Both the position numbers and the translations under genes were made by a program. This document shows positions 24,616 through 36,976 of a DNA stretch of 64,000 nt, piece by piece. The notes under the pieces are model-generated. The model made no database searches. It was given only the letters and a program-made list of their open reading frames with translations, and was not told where the DNA came from. This DNA comes from Eledone cirrhosa (Eukaryota). Location: NCBI GenBank assembly GCA_964016885.1, contig OZ024740.1, positions 275,776,001-275,840,000 on the forward strand, written 5' to 3'. Every line of letters starts with the position of its first letter. Positions within the stretch are counted from its first letter, which is position 1.

Positions 24616-25270
24616 ATACGTATGTATCGATATATTTTCTGTGTTTTACCGCCAACTCTGGTTATGTTACTTTACAGTATCTGTTGCTATGTAATTGACT
24701 ATTTAAACGAACGTGAGCCTGCTCTGTAACCAAGTTAAATAATATGTCTATGTGTGAGTGAGACTCTTAATCTGAAGAAGAAGAGGATCGGTCTTACAAT
24801 AAAGAAATATAAACAATTTAAAATGAAGAATAAAAGAATAATTCATAGACTGAGCACCTACTCTCATGGAATGAGCAAATATGGTTTATTGTTCAACATA
24901 CTCCCTGGAAAGAAACAACGAAGTTATTAATAAGAGAAGTCCAAATGCATGCATGCAAGATTTCACAGTTCTAGCATCACTCCTTCATAGTCAACGAATG
25001 AACGTTTTAGCTGACCCTCGTATTTTTCATAAACACCCTACATTTCAAGATTATCAACTTACCTAAAGAAATTGATGTATGTAAAGTAGCACCTATTTTC
25101 ATATTTATTAACGTACTAATACTCCGTCGAGTACGAGTCAAGGTGATCCAATTATAGAAGTAAAACCGATGTAGAGTACTCAAGCCTGATTTCACCAGAG
25201 ATTATAGACTACGGTGATGCATGTGAAACACTGACAATTAATTAAGCATTGAACTATGACACCTATATAT

Positions 25271-25594
25271 GGAGGCACATGGCTTAGTGGTTAGAGCATT
25301 GGCTTTGCAATCGAAAGTTGTGAGTTCAATTCTCAGATCGGGTGATATGTTGTTTCCTTGAGCAAGATACTATATTTCACATTGCTCCAGTTTACTCAGC
25401 TGTAGAAATGAGATGATAGGGACTGGGGTCCATATCATTCCACTGCAAAGTGGTCGTGGCAAAAAAGCACCCAGCACTCACTCTAAATAAGGTTGGCGTT
25501 AGGAAGGGCATCCAGCTGTAGAAATCAAGCCAGAATCTGTTCCCGTCCCACCCTTGCAGGCAGGGAAAAAGCGGACATAAAATGATGATGATGA
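25271..25594 (+). mobile_element. tRNA-derived CORE-type SINE with RTE-like tail
   Basis: Same structure as 3051-3379; ends GGACATAAAATGATGATGATG. Confidence 0.85.
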
Positions 25595-25598
25595 TATG

Positions 25599-25728
<130 letters not shown>

Positions 25729-26160
25729 TACATATATATATGACATATTAAATTTAAGTGAACAAGTATCTATTTCTAGCGGGAATGTTAGCCTGTCATG
25801 TAGTTCTAAAGTTCTAATATTAAGTTACATTTGTTCAGATAATGCTTCAATATTTTGTACAGCATGTTGGATCGGCAACGGTATGTGCAATTTCATGATA
25901 AATATGGTCTCTTTGAATTGAAGAATTACTTCCTTGTTGAATTTGAAGATTATTCAAATATTGATTTTCCGATAATTATTTTTTCCGTAAATGAAACCGT
26001 GGTAGGGGATCAATGTATGAGATCGACTAAAAATATTTGTTTGCTTATCAGGCTTTTACTCCCATAGATAAAGTTTTTCACTTATATTTAATATTGCTTC
26101 TCTGATGGACATTTTATCTATATATTTTATCCATTCATTGAGACTAATAAATATTTATTA

Positions 26161-26352
26161 TTTGGCAGTATCAGTAGAGAGTCAGACGCCATGCTTTCCA
26201 TCATAGTTACGTCCCTTTACGATCTGAGTTCAAATCCCGCCGAGTTTGACTTTGCCTTTCATCCTTACGGGGTCGATAAAATAAAGTACCAGTAATGCAC
26301 TGGGTAATTGCTGGCCTTGTGCCTAAAGTAGAAACAATTATTATTATTATTA
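26161..26352 (+). mobile_element. Meta/MESC-core tRNA SINE (young subfamily)
   Basis: CTGAGTTCAAATCCCGCCGAG..GACTTTGCCTTTCATCCTTACGGGGTCGATAAAATAAAGTACCAGTAATGCACTGGGTAATTGCTGGCC..AGAAACAATT(ATT)n; further copies at 35525-35716(-), 35996-36188(+), 40350-40540(+), 41768-41967(-), 53447-53633(-), 54185-54378(-) and 59084-59254(+). Confidence 0.88.
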
Positions 26353-26407
26353 TTAATATCATATATAAATACACACACACACATACACACATATATATAT
26401 ATAGAGA

Positions 26408-26584
26408 GAGATTTCGAAGTTGGAAAGGCCACGACAATGTAGGTTTGGACAGAGAAAAATCCAAAACGCAAAAAGCAGGGTTTTTTTTTTTACCTTAAAA
26501 ACAGACCCTGCTTTTTGCGTTTTCTTTTTTGTTTTTTTTCTCTGTCCGAACCCACATTGTCGTGGTTTTCCAATTTCGAATTCT
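26408..26584. repeat. Fold-back palindrome / hairpin MITE-like element
   Basis: GAGATTTCGAAGTTGGAAAGGCCACGACAATGT..AAACGCAAAAAGCAGGG is inverted as CCCTGCTTTTTGCGTTT..ACATTGTCGTGGTTTTCCAATTTCGAATTCTC. Confidence 0.8.
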
Positions 26585-26633
26585 CAATACCATATACAAT
26601 GCTTCAAGTAAACTACAAATTCCTTCATATATA

Positions 26634-27892
26634 CAGGGTGCGGACGGTATGTGAGGACAGATTTGTGGTTTTAAAAAAAACGCTTATATAATAACAGCAA
26701 AAAACTGTATTCTTATGAATATAGCATAAATATAATGCTAAATTATCAATTTAATAATTTCATTCAACAAAACCACCATAAGCATCAATAACTACCTCTA
26801 CGTGTGGTTGAAATCGTTTACAAGCTCGGATTAAGTGGTCTTTGTTCATATCGGACAGACTCGAACTATTGCGGCTTTCAAAGAATCTTTGGTGCTATGG
26901 GGTGTTCATTAACATTTTTCTCAACAATGCTCCATACATAGTAGTCCAGTGGATTGAGATCTGGAGAATTAGGAGGCCAAATCTTGGGGGTGATGTGATC
27001 ATGCAATTTTACGGCCATTCATTCTTGTGTCATTTGAGCCTTGTGTGATGGTGCAGAGTCTTGTTGAAAGACATAAGGCCTTCTATTGCATACACTGTTG
27101 ATCCAAGGCTTAACAACTTTATCCAGAACCTCAATATATACAGCAGCATTCACCCTAAGGCATTGTGGAAAAAGGTGAGGAGGATCACATGTCCTTCATT
27201 GCTAACAACACCCAAAACCATGACACTTGCAGGAAATGTTGTGTGCATTACTCTTGGAACGTCAGAATGGTCTGCACATAGCCACCTGTCATTTCTTCTG
27301 TTAGTTTTCTGGTCCTGGTCAAAGTGTTTCTCATCTGAGAAAAACAAAATCACACCATTTTCTGATGGATTTTTAAGTTTGTTCAAAAGTCTTTTGGATC
27401 TGATTAAACGGTTTCTTTTGCTTTTTCTGACATGAATTGACTTCTCCTCTTCACGTAAGATTTGTATCTGATGTCTTCATGCACAACATTTCTGATTGTT
27501 TTTTCTGACACACCAACATTTTTTGGAATTGACCGCCTTGATTTCCTGGATTGTCATCAATGTTTTGCTTAACTTCCTGAATAAATTCAGGTGCCCTGAT
27601 AGAATCAGAGCATTTGGAATGTTTTTTACGTTTTGATACAGGTAATACGCTTCCATCTTCTTTCCCTAACTCACACCGAATCTTCTGGAGAGAAAATCTT
27701 GCAACTTTCAGAAAACGAGAAATTTCTAAATCACCATGCTTATCCTTCAAAGCCACAATCACAACATTCCTTTTCATTTCATTAGTAAGCATAATTATTT
27801 TCATTGTTATTTTGTGAAATAGAAGTTCAATAAAAATTAGTCAAATAAAATAATGACTAAAAATGCATGTGTCCACAAATACCGTCCGCAGC

Positions 27893-27895
<3 letters not shown>
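26634..27895 (-). mobile_element. Tc1/mariner DD37D (maT) transposon, TIR-complete, transposase disrupted
   Basis: TA-flanked TIRs CAGGGTGCGGACGGTATGTGAGGACA / TGTCCACAAATACCGTCCGCAGCCTG; FFSDEKHF, QQD-(37 aa)-D in WPPNSPDLNPLDY; stops and frameshifts. Confidence 0.92.
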
Positions 27896-27937
<42 letters not shown>

Positions 27938-27941
<4 letters not shown>

Positions 27942-28457
27942 TAAAATTAGTCCTTCATCAGTGATCCTCCAGCCTTCATAGGTATTTCATCGCTTTAAAG
28001 ACCATATACCTCTGGTTGGTGCGAGCAACGGCTAAAGAAAGTCGTTGGCACACGTAAATAGGGGGAACGAGAGAGACAGTAAACAAACAAAGATGGTAAT
28101 GCAACGAAAAGTGACACTTTCACTCACTCACTCTCTGCTACTCCCTCTTCTACTTCCTCCCGTTTGACCTGTGCGAAATTCTTTCCTCGCTCACGTTTCG
28201 ACCAGGTCGGATGGTCTTTATTCTCTCGTCTACGATTTCACAGAACTTATGTTCATCGATTTCAGGGACTTGACTCCATCTTCCTCACTTTTCGTTGCAT
28301 TACCATCTTTGTTTGTTTACTGTCTCGCTCGTTCCCCCTATTTACATGTCCCAACGACTTTCTTTAGCCGTTGCTCGCACCAACCAGAGGTATAAGGTCT
28401 TTAAAGCGATGAAATACCAATGAAGGCTGGAAGATCACTGATGAAAGACTAATTTTA

Positions 28458-28461
<4 letters not shown>
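27938..28461. repeat. Long inverted-repeat element between two (TA)n tracts
   Basis: ~177-bp arms at 27938-28114 and 28285-28461, highly similar, with a ~170-bp spacer. Confidence 0.9.
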
Positions 28462-28504
<43 letters not shown>

Positions 28505-28599
28505 CTCTCTCTCTATATATATATATATGTATATCTATCTATATCTATATATATCTATATATATATATATATATACCGGTCTCTGAAAACTAAATTCAC

Positions 28600-29045
28600 T
28601 AACTTTAACTGGGCATTTGTATCAACCTTTATCTATGGTCATGATTGTTGGATAATGACTGAAAGAATACGATAGCGAATACAAGCAGCCAAATTGGTAT
28701 TTCTTGGAAGGGTCTTTGGGGTAACGTTACGCGATAGAGTGCATAGTTCGGATATCACAGCGTCACTCCAGATAGAGCCGCTACTGTGTATAGAATGTCA
28801 GAAGAATCACTGGCCAGATTTGACGGGCAATGCCAATTGGCAGGAGGGCGAGTGGTAGACTGCGAGGAAGATGTTTGGATAATATCCATAAGCACAGTTG
28901 GTTTCGTTTGTGGATCCAGCTGAATGAATTGGAAACGGTCGCTTTTGATAGGACCTCCTGAGAGGCATGCTTGATGAATTTTCCCCTCATGGCAATCCCA
29001 GGAATAAGTGGGCGAAGAAGAAGAAGAAGAAGAAGAAGAAGAAGA
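28600..29045 (+). pseudogene. RTE/Rex3-like LINE 3' fragment with (GAA)n tail
   Basis: TFIYGHDCWIMTERIR*RIQAAK..FLGRVFGVTLRDRVHSSDI; related fragments at 30250-30800(+) and 47895-48140(-). Confidence 0.7.
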
Positions 29046-31607
29046 AAATTTTAAAAACTAATATATTTTAACCATTTGTTAGATAACATTGCATTGACAA
29101 ACCAATATATACAATTAGAAAATGTATGGATGATTGTTTATCACATTTTAAAAACAATTCAGTATTTCATATTTCATATAATCATTCTAACATCATCTTC
29201 CTGTAACAAATCGAAGAAAAATATGTTGAAGTATTCAATTACATTGGTTTTCCAAACAAAATTACAATTTGTAAGTTTCGAGGTTGAAAGTACATGAAAC
29301 CTTGTATTTTCAACACTGTTTGAGTTCATTTAATGTTGTTGGATAAAGAATTCTGAAAGACATAAATTTTTCATCAGCCATCTGTGATAATAAAATCTGA
29401 TCAATAGTTCATGCAAGTAATCCCTCTCCACCGATTAAAAAATAATAAAAATTCCATCACATAATCTACAGTTTTTTTCAAAACAGTATATGATTATTTC
29501 ACACACATCTGGTTTCCATGCTTGCATGGGTTGGGCGAATTGTCATGGTCTGTTATTAGACAGCCTAGGTGTGTCTGGGGGTGGGGGGCACGTTTTGTTC
29601 ATACATTTCATTTCTGGCATAATTTCTACAGATGTCTGTCTTTCCTAAGACCAACCACTTTATAGAGTGTACTTAGTGCATTTCATCATGGTAATAGCAC
29701 TACTAATTTGCAGAGTGTACTGGGTGTATTTTATTATGGCACTAGCATTACAAATTTGCAGAGTGTACTAAGTGTATTTTATCATGGTACCAAATTTACC
29801 CTTAGAGAGGTGTTGTGATTTTTTACACATGAAAAAAAGGTAGTAGTTATAATTTAAAAAATAATATCTCATGTAAAATGACAGTTCTAAATTTATGATG
29901 AACACACGTGATACTTCCATTTCAAATAGATTTTAAAACATTCATCGATATTGTCTTCTTATCAACACTTGTGTCATGCAATTAAAAATAATTCAAAAAT
30001 GTTTTAAGAGAAAATTGTGTAAGTGGTATTTCATAAGATTCAGAAGTGCACACCATACAAGGGCGGTTTGAACATTTGGCCAAGCACATTAATTCCCATT
30101 TGATGTCAAGATTTATATTTTATATATGCATTTTACTCTCCATAAGAAATGGCACTCGATGGGTTTGCTGCTGATTGCTGCATGACAGGTGCTGCATGGC
30201 AGGAATAGAAATCAGTGCCACGAAAACCAAGACATTTATCAACTCAGAAAAGATTGTGCAGTAACGTGCCAGCTTCAGCGCACAGTCATCAAAAGAACGA
30301 AGGAAGGTGTAACAGCCAAACTCACTATCTTCAGTTCAGTCATCATGCCTACCCTTGCCTATGCTCATGAATCTTGGGAAATGACCAAAAGAATATAATC
30401 TTGAATACAAAGGGCCGAAATGGGTTCTCTTCAAAAAGTCTCTGTTATAACATTACTCAATAGGGTGTGTAGCAAACAAATCAGAGAGTTGCTCCAGATA
30501 AAAATGCTAATATTCGTAATTGAAAGATTACAACTCTATTACAACTGACAATTGATTAAAATGTCTAAGAAAAACATTTGCTGGATAGATTTTACAAACA
30601 AAATCAATCGGCAGAAGACTCAGAGGTAGACCACGAACAAGATGGTTGGATAACATCCAGCTTGGAGACCCAGCTGTATTGCTTCAGATAGGACTCTCTG
30701 GAAGGCCTGTTTGAAGACCCTACCTCCATTATCCTCTCAGAGAGAGAGGGGAGGGAGAGCGAGAGAGAGAGAGAGAGAAGAAGAAGAAGAAGAAGAAGAA
30801 ATTAAATTTGATTAGCTTGTGCTATTGGTTCTAATTTGATTCCAGTCTGAAGATGCTGAAAATATTGACTTTTGAACGAATTGCCTCTCTGTTCAATGTA
30901 TCATTTTGACATGGTATTTGTTTTAAATATAAATCATTAATCATTAATGCTTTAATTGATATTCATCCGAGTGTGAACAATTGCAATATTGCAACTATTG
31001 GGTTGTAAAGGAACCACAAACTGTTTCTTTTTCAAAACAGTCAACGACTTTTGGCCCTTATAATGTTTATTTAAACGTTTTGTTCTCTCCGTTATGCTAA
31101 GCACTACATATTTATCATTGCCTCCTCTCACTTTCCTTTTCTATGCTGTTCACTTTAGTTCTCTTCTCTATTTTATGAAATTGTCTCATATGTAATAATT
31201 TACCAAATAATTCATTACTATATCTGAACATTTGTGAGAATTGCAGTGCTAATTTGAACTGGCTGAGTCGTTAGAACGTCGGATAGAATGTTTACACTAT
31301 TCGTTTCGGCTCTCTCGTGTCTGAGTTCAAATCCTGTCGATAACAGCCATTCATACATTCGAAGTCGATAAAAATGTACCAGGCTAATACTGGGGTTGAT
31401 TCTTCATCTACATCTTTTTCTCACTCATTCTATCCTTCTCTGGAATAAAGCTGCTGTATTCAGACCTGGAGAAGAGATGGGCTCCACCAGAGATGGCTTA
31501 AACATGCCCAAGAAACGTCGTATGTCAATACGGCACCTCGACGACTTCAGGAGTTACCGGACGATACATGCAGTCAAATTATTTGTATACATGCATATGT
31601 ATACACC

Positions 31608-31656
<49 letters not shown>

Positions 31657-32543
31657 TGTGTGACGGACCGATGAACGGAAGTCGCACAAATTTATATATA
31701 GGTTATCCTTTATTCTTTTCTTTTTTACTGGTTTCAGTTATTGGACTACAGCAATGTGAGCACATTGCCTTCGTGGTTTTAGTTGGATACTTTAACCTTG
31801 GTACATATCTCTTCCATTTGATAGTGATTTCATTTATCTATATTGGTTGAATTTCTAAATTATGCTTTTTGACACAACAGACGTTATCTTTTGTTTTGAA
31901 ATGACAATGGTATTTCTTTTACTCTTCAATCAGGGAGGGAGGGCCATTCTCTAAGCAACTTTTCATTTTCTGAAACTAGAAGGTAGTGGGGAGGGAGGAA
32001 GGGCGATATCTTCGAACTAGAAAGCTTGAAATGGAGTTGACTCTGCGAAAAGTGCCCAAGGACCAGGTTATTAAATCTACTAGCCAACCAGTGCCATTGT
32101 TATTGTAGTCGAGAGTGTGCAATTAGATGCAATTCTCAGTAGACCTATACATCAGAATGTCTATTTAATGTTATGTGCCATAAGGAGAGTGGCTAATAAA
32201 CCTGAATTTGGTCAGTTTGGTCAATTTCCCATTGACACATTAATAAACAGACAGGAAGTCTATATTATAATTATACAAATCACCCAGAAGTGGGTTTGGT
32301 CAACGTGTACTTCAACTGGAGATATCGACGGATTTCTGAATATTCAAGGGAAATCTTCAAGGCCCCAGAAAAATATACAGACCACAATAGAGGTCACAAT
32401 ATTTAGGAGCTTAAACTGCCCGCTTTGACAAGTGAATGACTGACACAGAATTGGGAGATAGGCTATATTGAAATTTATATATATGTATATAAAAATTACA
32501 GGGTATCAATATGAGTTATTAACTCTGCCTTTTATTTGTATAT

Positions 32544-32599
<56 letters not shown>

Positions 32600-32603
<4 letters not shown>

Positions 32604-33130
32604 GTAATCTGAGTTTTTCCAATATTAATAGTAATATTCGATTCGTTTGCAATTATGCAAACAAGCTTCTTTTAAACCATGTCAGTAGAATGAGCCCCTC
32701 ATTCTTGCTCTTGTGTTGCCAGAAACGTTAGTGTCTGCATTTCTGTTTACATATCAACACAAGAGCAATAATGACGGTATCATTCTATTGACATGGCTTA
32801 AAAGAGGCTTGTGTGCATAATTGCAAACGAATCGAATATTATTATTAATATTAGAAAACCTCAGATTACATTTATTGTATTCTGCCATGTAGAGCGATAA
32901 CATTTTGTTATATATGATGTCAACATGAATGGACCTGATATTTTTATCTAAAGACATTTTTTCCAATTACAACCCACCCGTCCCCTCAATCTATCTTATT
33001 TCCCATTCTTTCTTCTGATGAAGGACTAGTGTCCGAAACGTTAAGACCCTCTTCCTGCTATATCAAGCGTTAACCTAATATATTCCTTCCATATACTGTA
33101 CTGATTGTGTTGTTATTTCTGTTTACCTTT
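32600..33130 (+). mobile_element. Hammerhead-bearing element with inverted 5' arm (Penelope-like terminus)
   Basis: Inverted arms 32600-32718 / 32755-32873, then a hammerhead at 33011; 3' part repeated at ~53890-54015; flanked by (TA)n. Confidence 0.7.
33011..33046 (+). ncRNA. Type I minimal hammerhead ribozyme motif
   Basis: tctt-CTGATGA-a-ggac-tagt-gtcc-GAA-A-cg-TT^aaga. Confidence 0.85.
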
Positions 33131-33427
33131 TACATATATATATATATATATCATAAAACATGTCTATAGAATCACCAGATAAAATATATACCGTTTACTC
33201 TCCCAATTACCATAATTAACCATATAAAAAATCAATTAGACCAAGCTATAAGAATAAAGGCTCCTATGAAGAAATCTCCGACAAATAACCGAAAGCAGCC
33301 CCTTCGCGGCGGTTGCGACGGAGCATTTATCGAATATTTCGATAGCATGTATAAATCGACCAGATATACAGTCAACTAAACAGAATTAGGTGTAAAATAA
33401 ACTAGAAGAAAAGTGTACACATTTAAT

Positions 33428-33507
33428 TACCTCTACCATGGTTTCGTCCGCATTTTAAGACATCCGATAACATTGGATATCTAGAGCTTCGGATTCTTCA
33501 GGAGTTA
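33428..33507 (-). ncRNA. Hammerhead ribozyme motif (antisense copy)
   Basis: Reverse complement of 33971-34050. Confidence 0.8.
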
Positions 33508-33970
33508 GCTCAAATTTAGACAATTAATTGTTGGAGATTTCTTCATAGGAGCCTTTATTCTTATAGCTTGGTATAATTGATTTTTTATATGGTTAATTAT
33601 GCTAATTGGGAGAGGAAACGGTATATATTTTATCTGGTGATTCTATAGACATGTTTTATGATATATAGCTCTGATTATTTAATTTATTAATTCTTCATTG
33701 AGCCACAAAGTGACCCATTGCAAAACACATATATATCTATGACTTTATATATATATATATATATGTATACCTTTATATGTAATAATCTCCCGTTAGGTTG
33801 AGATACAAGTTTGGCTGTATTGGGCTGCGCTTTTTAGCAAAAAGCCTACCAGCCGTAAGCAACTAATCACATCCTTTCTAACTTGACCGCTGCCACGTCA
33901 CGGTTCTTAGCCATTTTTGAATGTATTCTTGGCGCGATCATTTTGGAAAATTAATTGTCTAAATTTGAGC

Positions 33971-34050
33971 TAACTCCTGAAGAATCCGAAGCTCTAGATA
34001 TCCAATGTTATCGGATGTCTTAAAATGCGGACGAAACCATGGTAGAGGTA
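33971..34050 (+). ncRNA. Type I hammerhead ribozyme motif with extended stem II
   Basis: taactc-CTGAAGA-a-tccg..(inner hairpin)..cgga-c-GAA-A-ccatgg-TA^gaggta; palindromic stem III ACCATGGT. Confidence 0.85.
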
Positions 34051-34435
34051 ATTAAATGTGTATACTTTTCTTCTAGTTTATTTTACACCTAATTCTGTTT
34101 AGTTGACTGTATATCTGGTCGATTTATACATGCTGTCGAAATATTCGATAAATGCTCCGTCGCAACCGCCGCGAAGGGGCTGCTTTCGGTTATTTGTCGG
34201 AGATTTCTTCATAGGAGCCTTTATTCTTATAGCTTGGTTTAATTTATTTTTTATATGGTTAATTATGCTAATTGGGAGAGGAAATGGTATATATTTTATC
34301 TGGTGATTCTATAGACATGTTTTATGATATATAGCTCTGATTGTTTATTTTATTAATTCTTCATTGAGCCACAAAGTGACCCGTTGCAAAACACATATAT
34401 ATCTATGACTTTATATATATATATATATGTAAACC

Positions 34436-34471
<36 letters not shown>

Positions 34472-34566
34472 TATACATAAACTCGTAGAGCAAATATTTA
34501 TTATTAGTACAGTTTAAAGTTTAAGTAAATAATTTCTGCTTTCACCCTATACAGGATCTTAGATAG

Positions 34567-34599
<33 letters not shown>

Positions 34600-35274
34600 T
34601 GTATGTATGTATGTATGTATGTATGTATGTATGTATGTTTATTAGTGGATCTGTTGCACTAAAAATGATGGTAATAGCATTGAATGTATTTAATTTTTGG
34701 AGTTCAGGATTCTTATTATTTTGCCATTTGTATACCATAATTTCTGGATATATAAACAAAGTACGGAATTTGTTTTGATAAATTAATGGTTTACATAACA
34801 GAAACCCTATAGTTTATGTTGATAACTGACACATGGAAATGATTAAAAACAAGAATGATATTTTAATATTTTATTTTTAGAATATAATTACGTAAATGTA
34901 CAGTATATATGTAAAAACGATATACGATTCAATGTATGAGTAACTTAGGAGAAATAAATCTTTACAAAGACAAATACAACGTTAGAGCCCAGGACATTGT
35001 CATTGGAATGCAAATTTCTTATTGTAGCAACATGACAGAGATAGGGAATGTATTGCGTGCGTGTACGCGTCTGTGTGTAAATTTTAAAGAGTTACAAACA
35101 GACATATGTATGTATAAATATAAATTCACAGGTTCAGTCATGCTGCTTAGCATCTGGGAAAGTGCCTTCTTCTATAGCCTTGTGTTGACAACTGCTCCGT
35201 GTGCGAAATACAGTAGACGGAAACTACAGAACTCATCATATATATATGCACAGCCTATTATGTAATGGGGTCGA

Positions 35275-35334
35275 GTCACTGCAGATAATAATAGCTTTTT
35301 TTGGCGTTATTATGTAGAAACTACGTAATATGAC
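35275..35334 (+). ncRNA. Degenerate hammerhead motif
   Basis: gtca-CTGCAGA-taataatagc..gcgttatta..GAA-A-ctacgtaa-TA^tgac; one core mismatch. Confidence 0.4.
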
Positions 35335-36184
35335 AGCTTCGGCTTGATAACGTCTGTCTTCTACATTCGGTGGCTGTTGAAGTCCGGTTACGTATAAGGA
35401 GTTTAGGGAGATGGGTTGTCTGGGTTTGGTTTGTCGAATTTGGAGAGTAAATACGGTTTGGTTTGGCAGGTTTCATGAGTTCAGATTGGCATTCAATTTA
35501 AGGTGTTTGCGGACTGATTGGAGCAATAATTGTTTCTACTTTTTGGCACAAGGCCAGCAATTACCCAGTGCATTACTGGTACTTTATTTTATCGACCCCG
35601 TAAGGATGAAAGGCAAAGTTAACCTCGGCGGGATTTGAACTCAGATCATAAAGGGACGTAACTCTATGCTTCAAAGCATGGTGTCCGACTCTCTACCGAT
35701 ACTGCCAATCCACCGATTGGAGCAATAATGGTCTTATTTACGTATATATATATAAATATATACATATATATATATATATAAATATATACATATATATATA
35801 TATATAAATATATACATATATAAATAACAGATTAAAGATTAAGCAGCGATTCTTTGCTTAAACTTTAATCTGTTATTTTAATAAATATTTGCTCTAGTGT
35901 TCTTATATATTATATTTGATATATAGTTATCCTTATTGAGCCCTCTTTGGATTTTAGTCTTCAAATTTATTATTATTACTATATATATATATAATGGCCA
36001 GTGGATTGGCAGTATCGGTAGAGGGTCGGACGCCATGCTTTGACGCATAGAGTTACGGCCCTTGCCATTCTGAGTTCAAATCCCGCCGAGGTTAACTTTG
36101 CCTTTCATCCTTATGGGGTCGATAAAATAAAGTACCAGTAATACACTGGGTAATTGCTGGCCTTGTGCCAAAAGTAGAAACAAT

Positions 36185-36212
<28 letters not shown>

Positions 36213-36218
<6 letters not shown>

Positions 36219-36259
36219 TGCTGAAGATGCGCATAAGCTGAAACATTTGTTCTCGGTAT
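36213..36259 (+). ncRNA. Type I minimal hammerhead motif
   Basis: atatcgtg-CTGAAGA-t-gc-gcataa-gc-t-GAA-A-catttg-TT^ctcggtat, directly after (TA)n. Confidence 0.6.
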
Positions 36260-36344
36260 GGTGGAACTACGGTTCTCTGTTGTGGAACTACTTCTATATA
36301 TATATATTTAACGAAGGGTATTTTTAAGTAATAAGATGGTTATA

Positions 36345-36937
36345 TGTGGTTATTAGAAATAACAATAATAAATGATTTTAGTTTATATATAATGGTTTAC
36401 TTCACTTCAATCAAAAAGTACAATAAAACAGTTACAAAGAGTTGAGAAGGTTGACAATGTCGTCGTGAGTCTGAGACCATAGTGAGAGAGAGATAGTAAT
36501 GGTTTGTATACCTCTGAATGGTCTGTAGATTACTGTAGACCAGTGTGGCCTGTAGATAGCGGTGAATCTTTCATATAGCTTGTTGTAGGCGTAATGCTCC
36601 GATCGCTCTGTTTTTCTGTAGACCACTGGGGTCTGAAGGTAGCGGTGAATCCTTCACATGGCTTGTCTGTATCGTAGTGCTCCGATATTTCTGTGTTTCT
36701 GTAGACGTCAAGGGCCTGAAGGTAGCGGTGAATCTTTACATAGTTAGTTGCTAGCGTAATGCTCCGATCTTTCTGTATAAACGTGGGATAATACAGGCTT
36801 TATATACCTGTCGCTTCCTGTCGCCCACCTTGAGGGGATAGCAAACGCAACAACCTGTTCACACCAAAAGGGTGGTGACCTAGAATTTGAACTTTAGGTG
36901 TCACCCAAGGTTCAAGGCGTGGACATATCTCGCTACA
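36345..36937 (-). mobile_element. Probable solo LTR
   Basis: TG...CA termini (TGTGG/CTACA), TATA on both sides as a possible 4-bp TSD, minus-strand TATA box (GGTATATAAAG) near 36800, three internal ~81-bp tandem units (36550-36780). Confidence 0.5.
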
Positions 36938-36976
36938 TATATATATACGTCGAATACTTTTTTCCTCTTTCCAATA

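Larger units (their letters stand above)
33151..34440. mobile_element. Non-autonomous hammerhead element: inverted copy plus partial tandem (~666-bp period)
   Basis: 33151-33529 is the reverse complement of ~33949-34330; 33533-33775 is repeated directly at 34199-34440; (TA)n at both ends. Confidence 0.85.

Noticed and set aside
25839-26067. Exon-like unique sequence / 70-aa ORF
   Set aside because: No motif or consistent splice frame.
30843-30870. CTGAAGATGCTGAAATATT motif (and similar at ~20840, ~24190, ~43310)
   Set aside because: Stem II or the core is incomplete; compatible with chance.
32117-32428. 103-aa ORF possibly resembling a GIY-YIG remnant upstream of the 32.6-kb element
   Set aside because: The motif match is too weak to call without an HMM search.
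34645-35050. Possible signal-peptide exon, 121-bp GT-AG intron and second exon
   Set aside because: The spliced frame hits a stop within five codons; no homology recognised.
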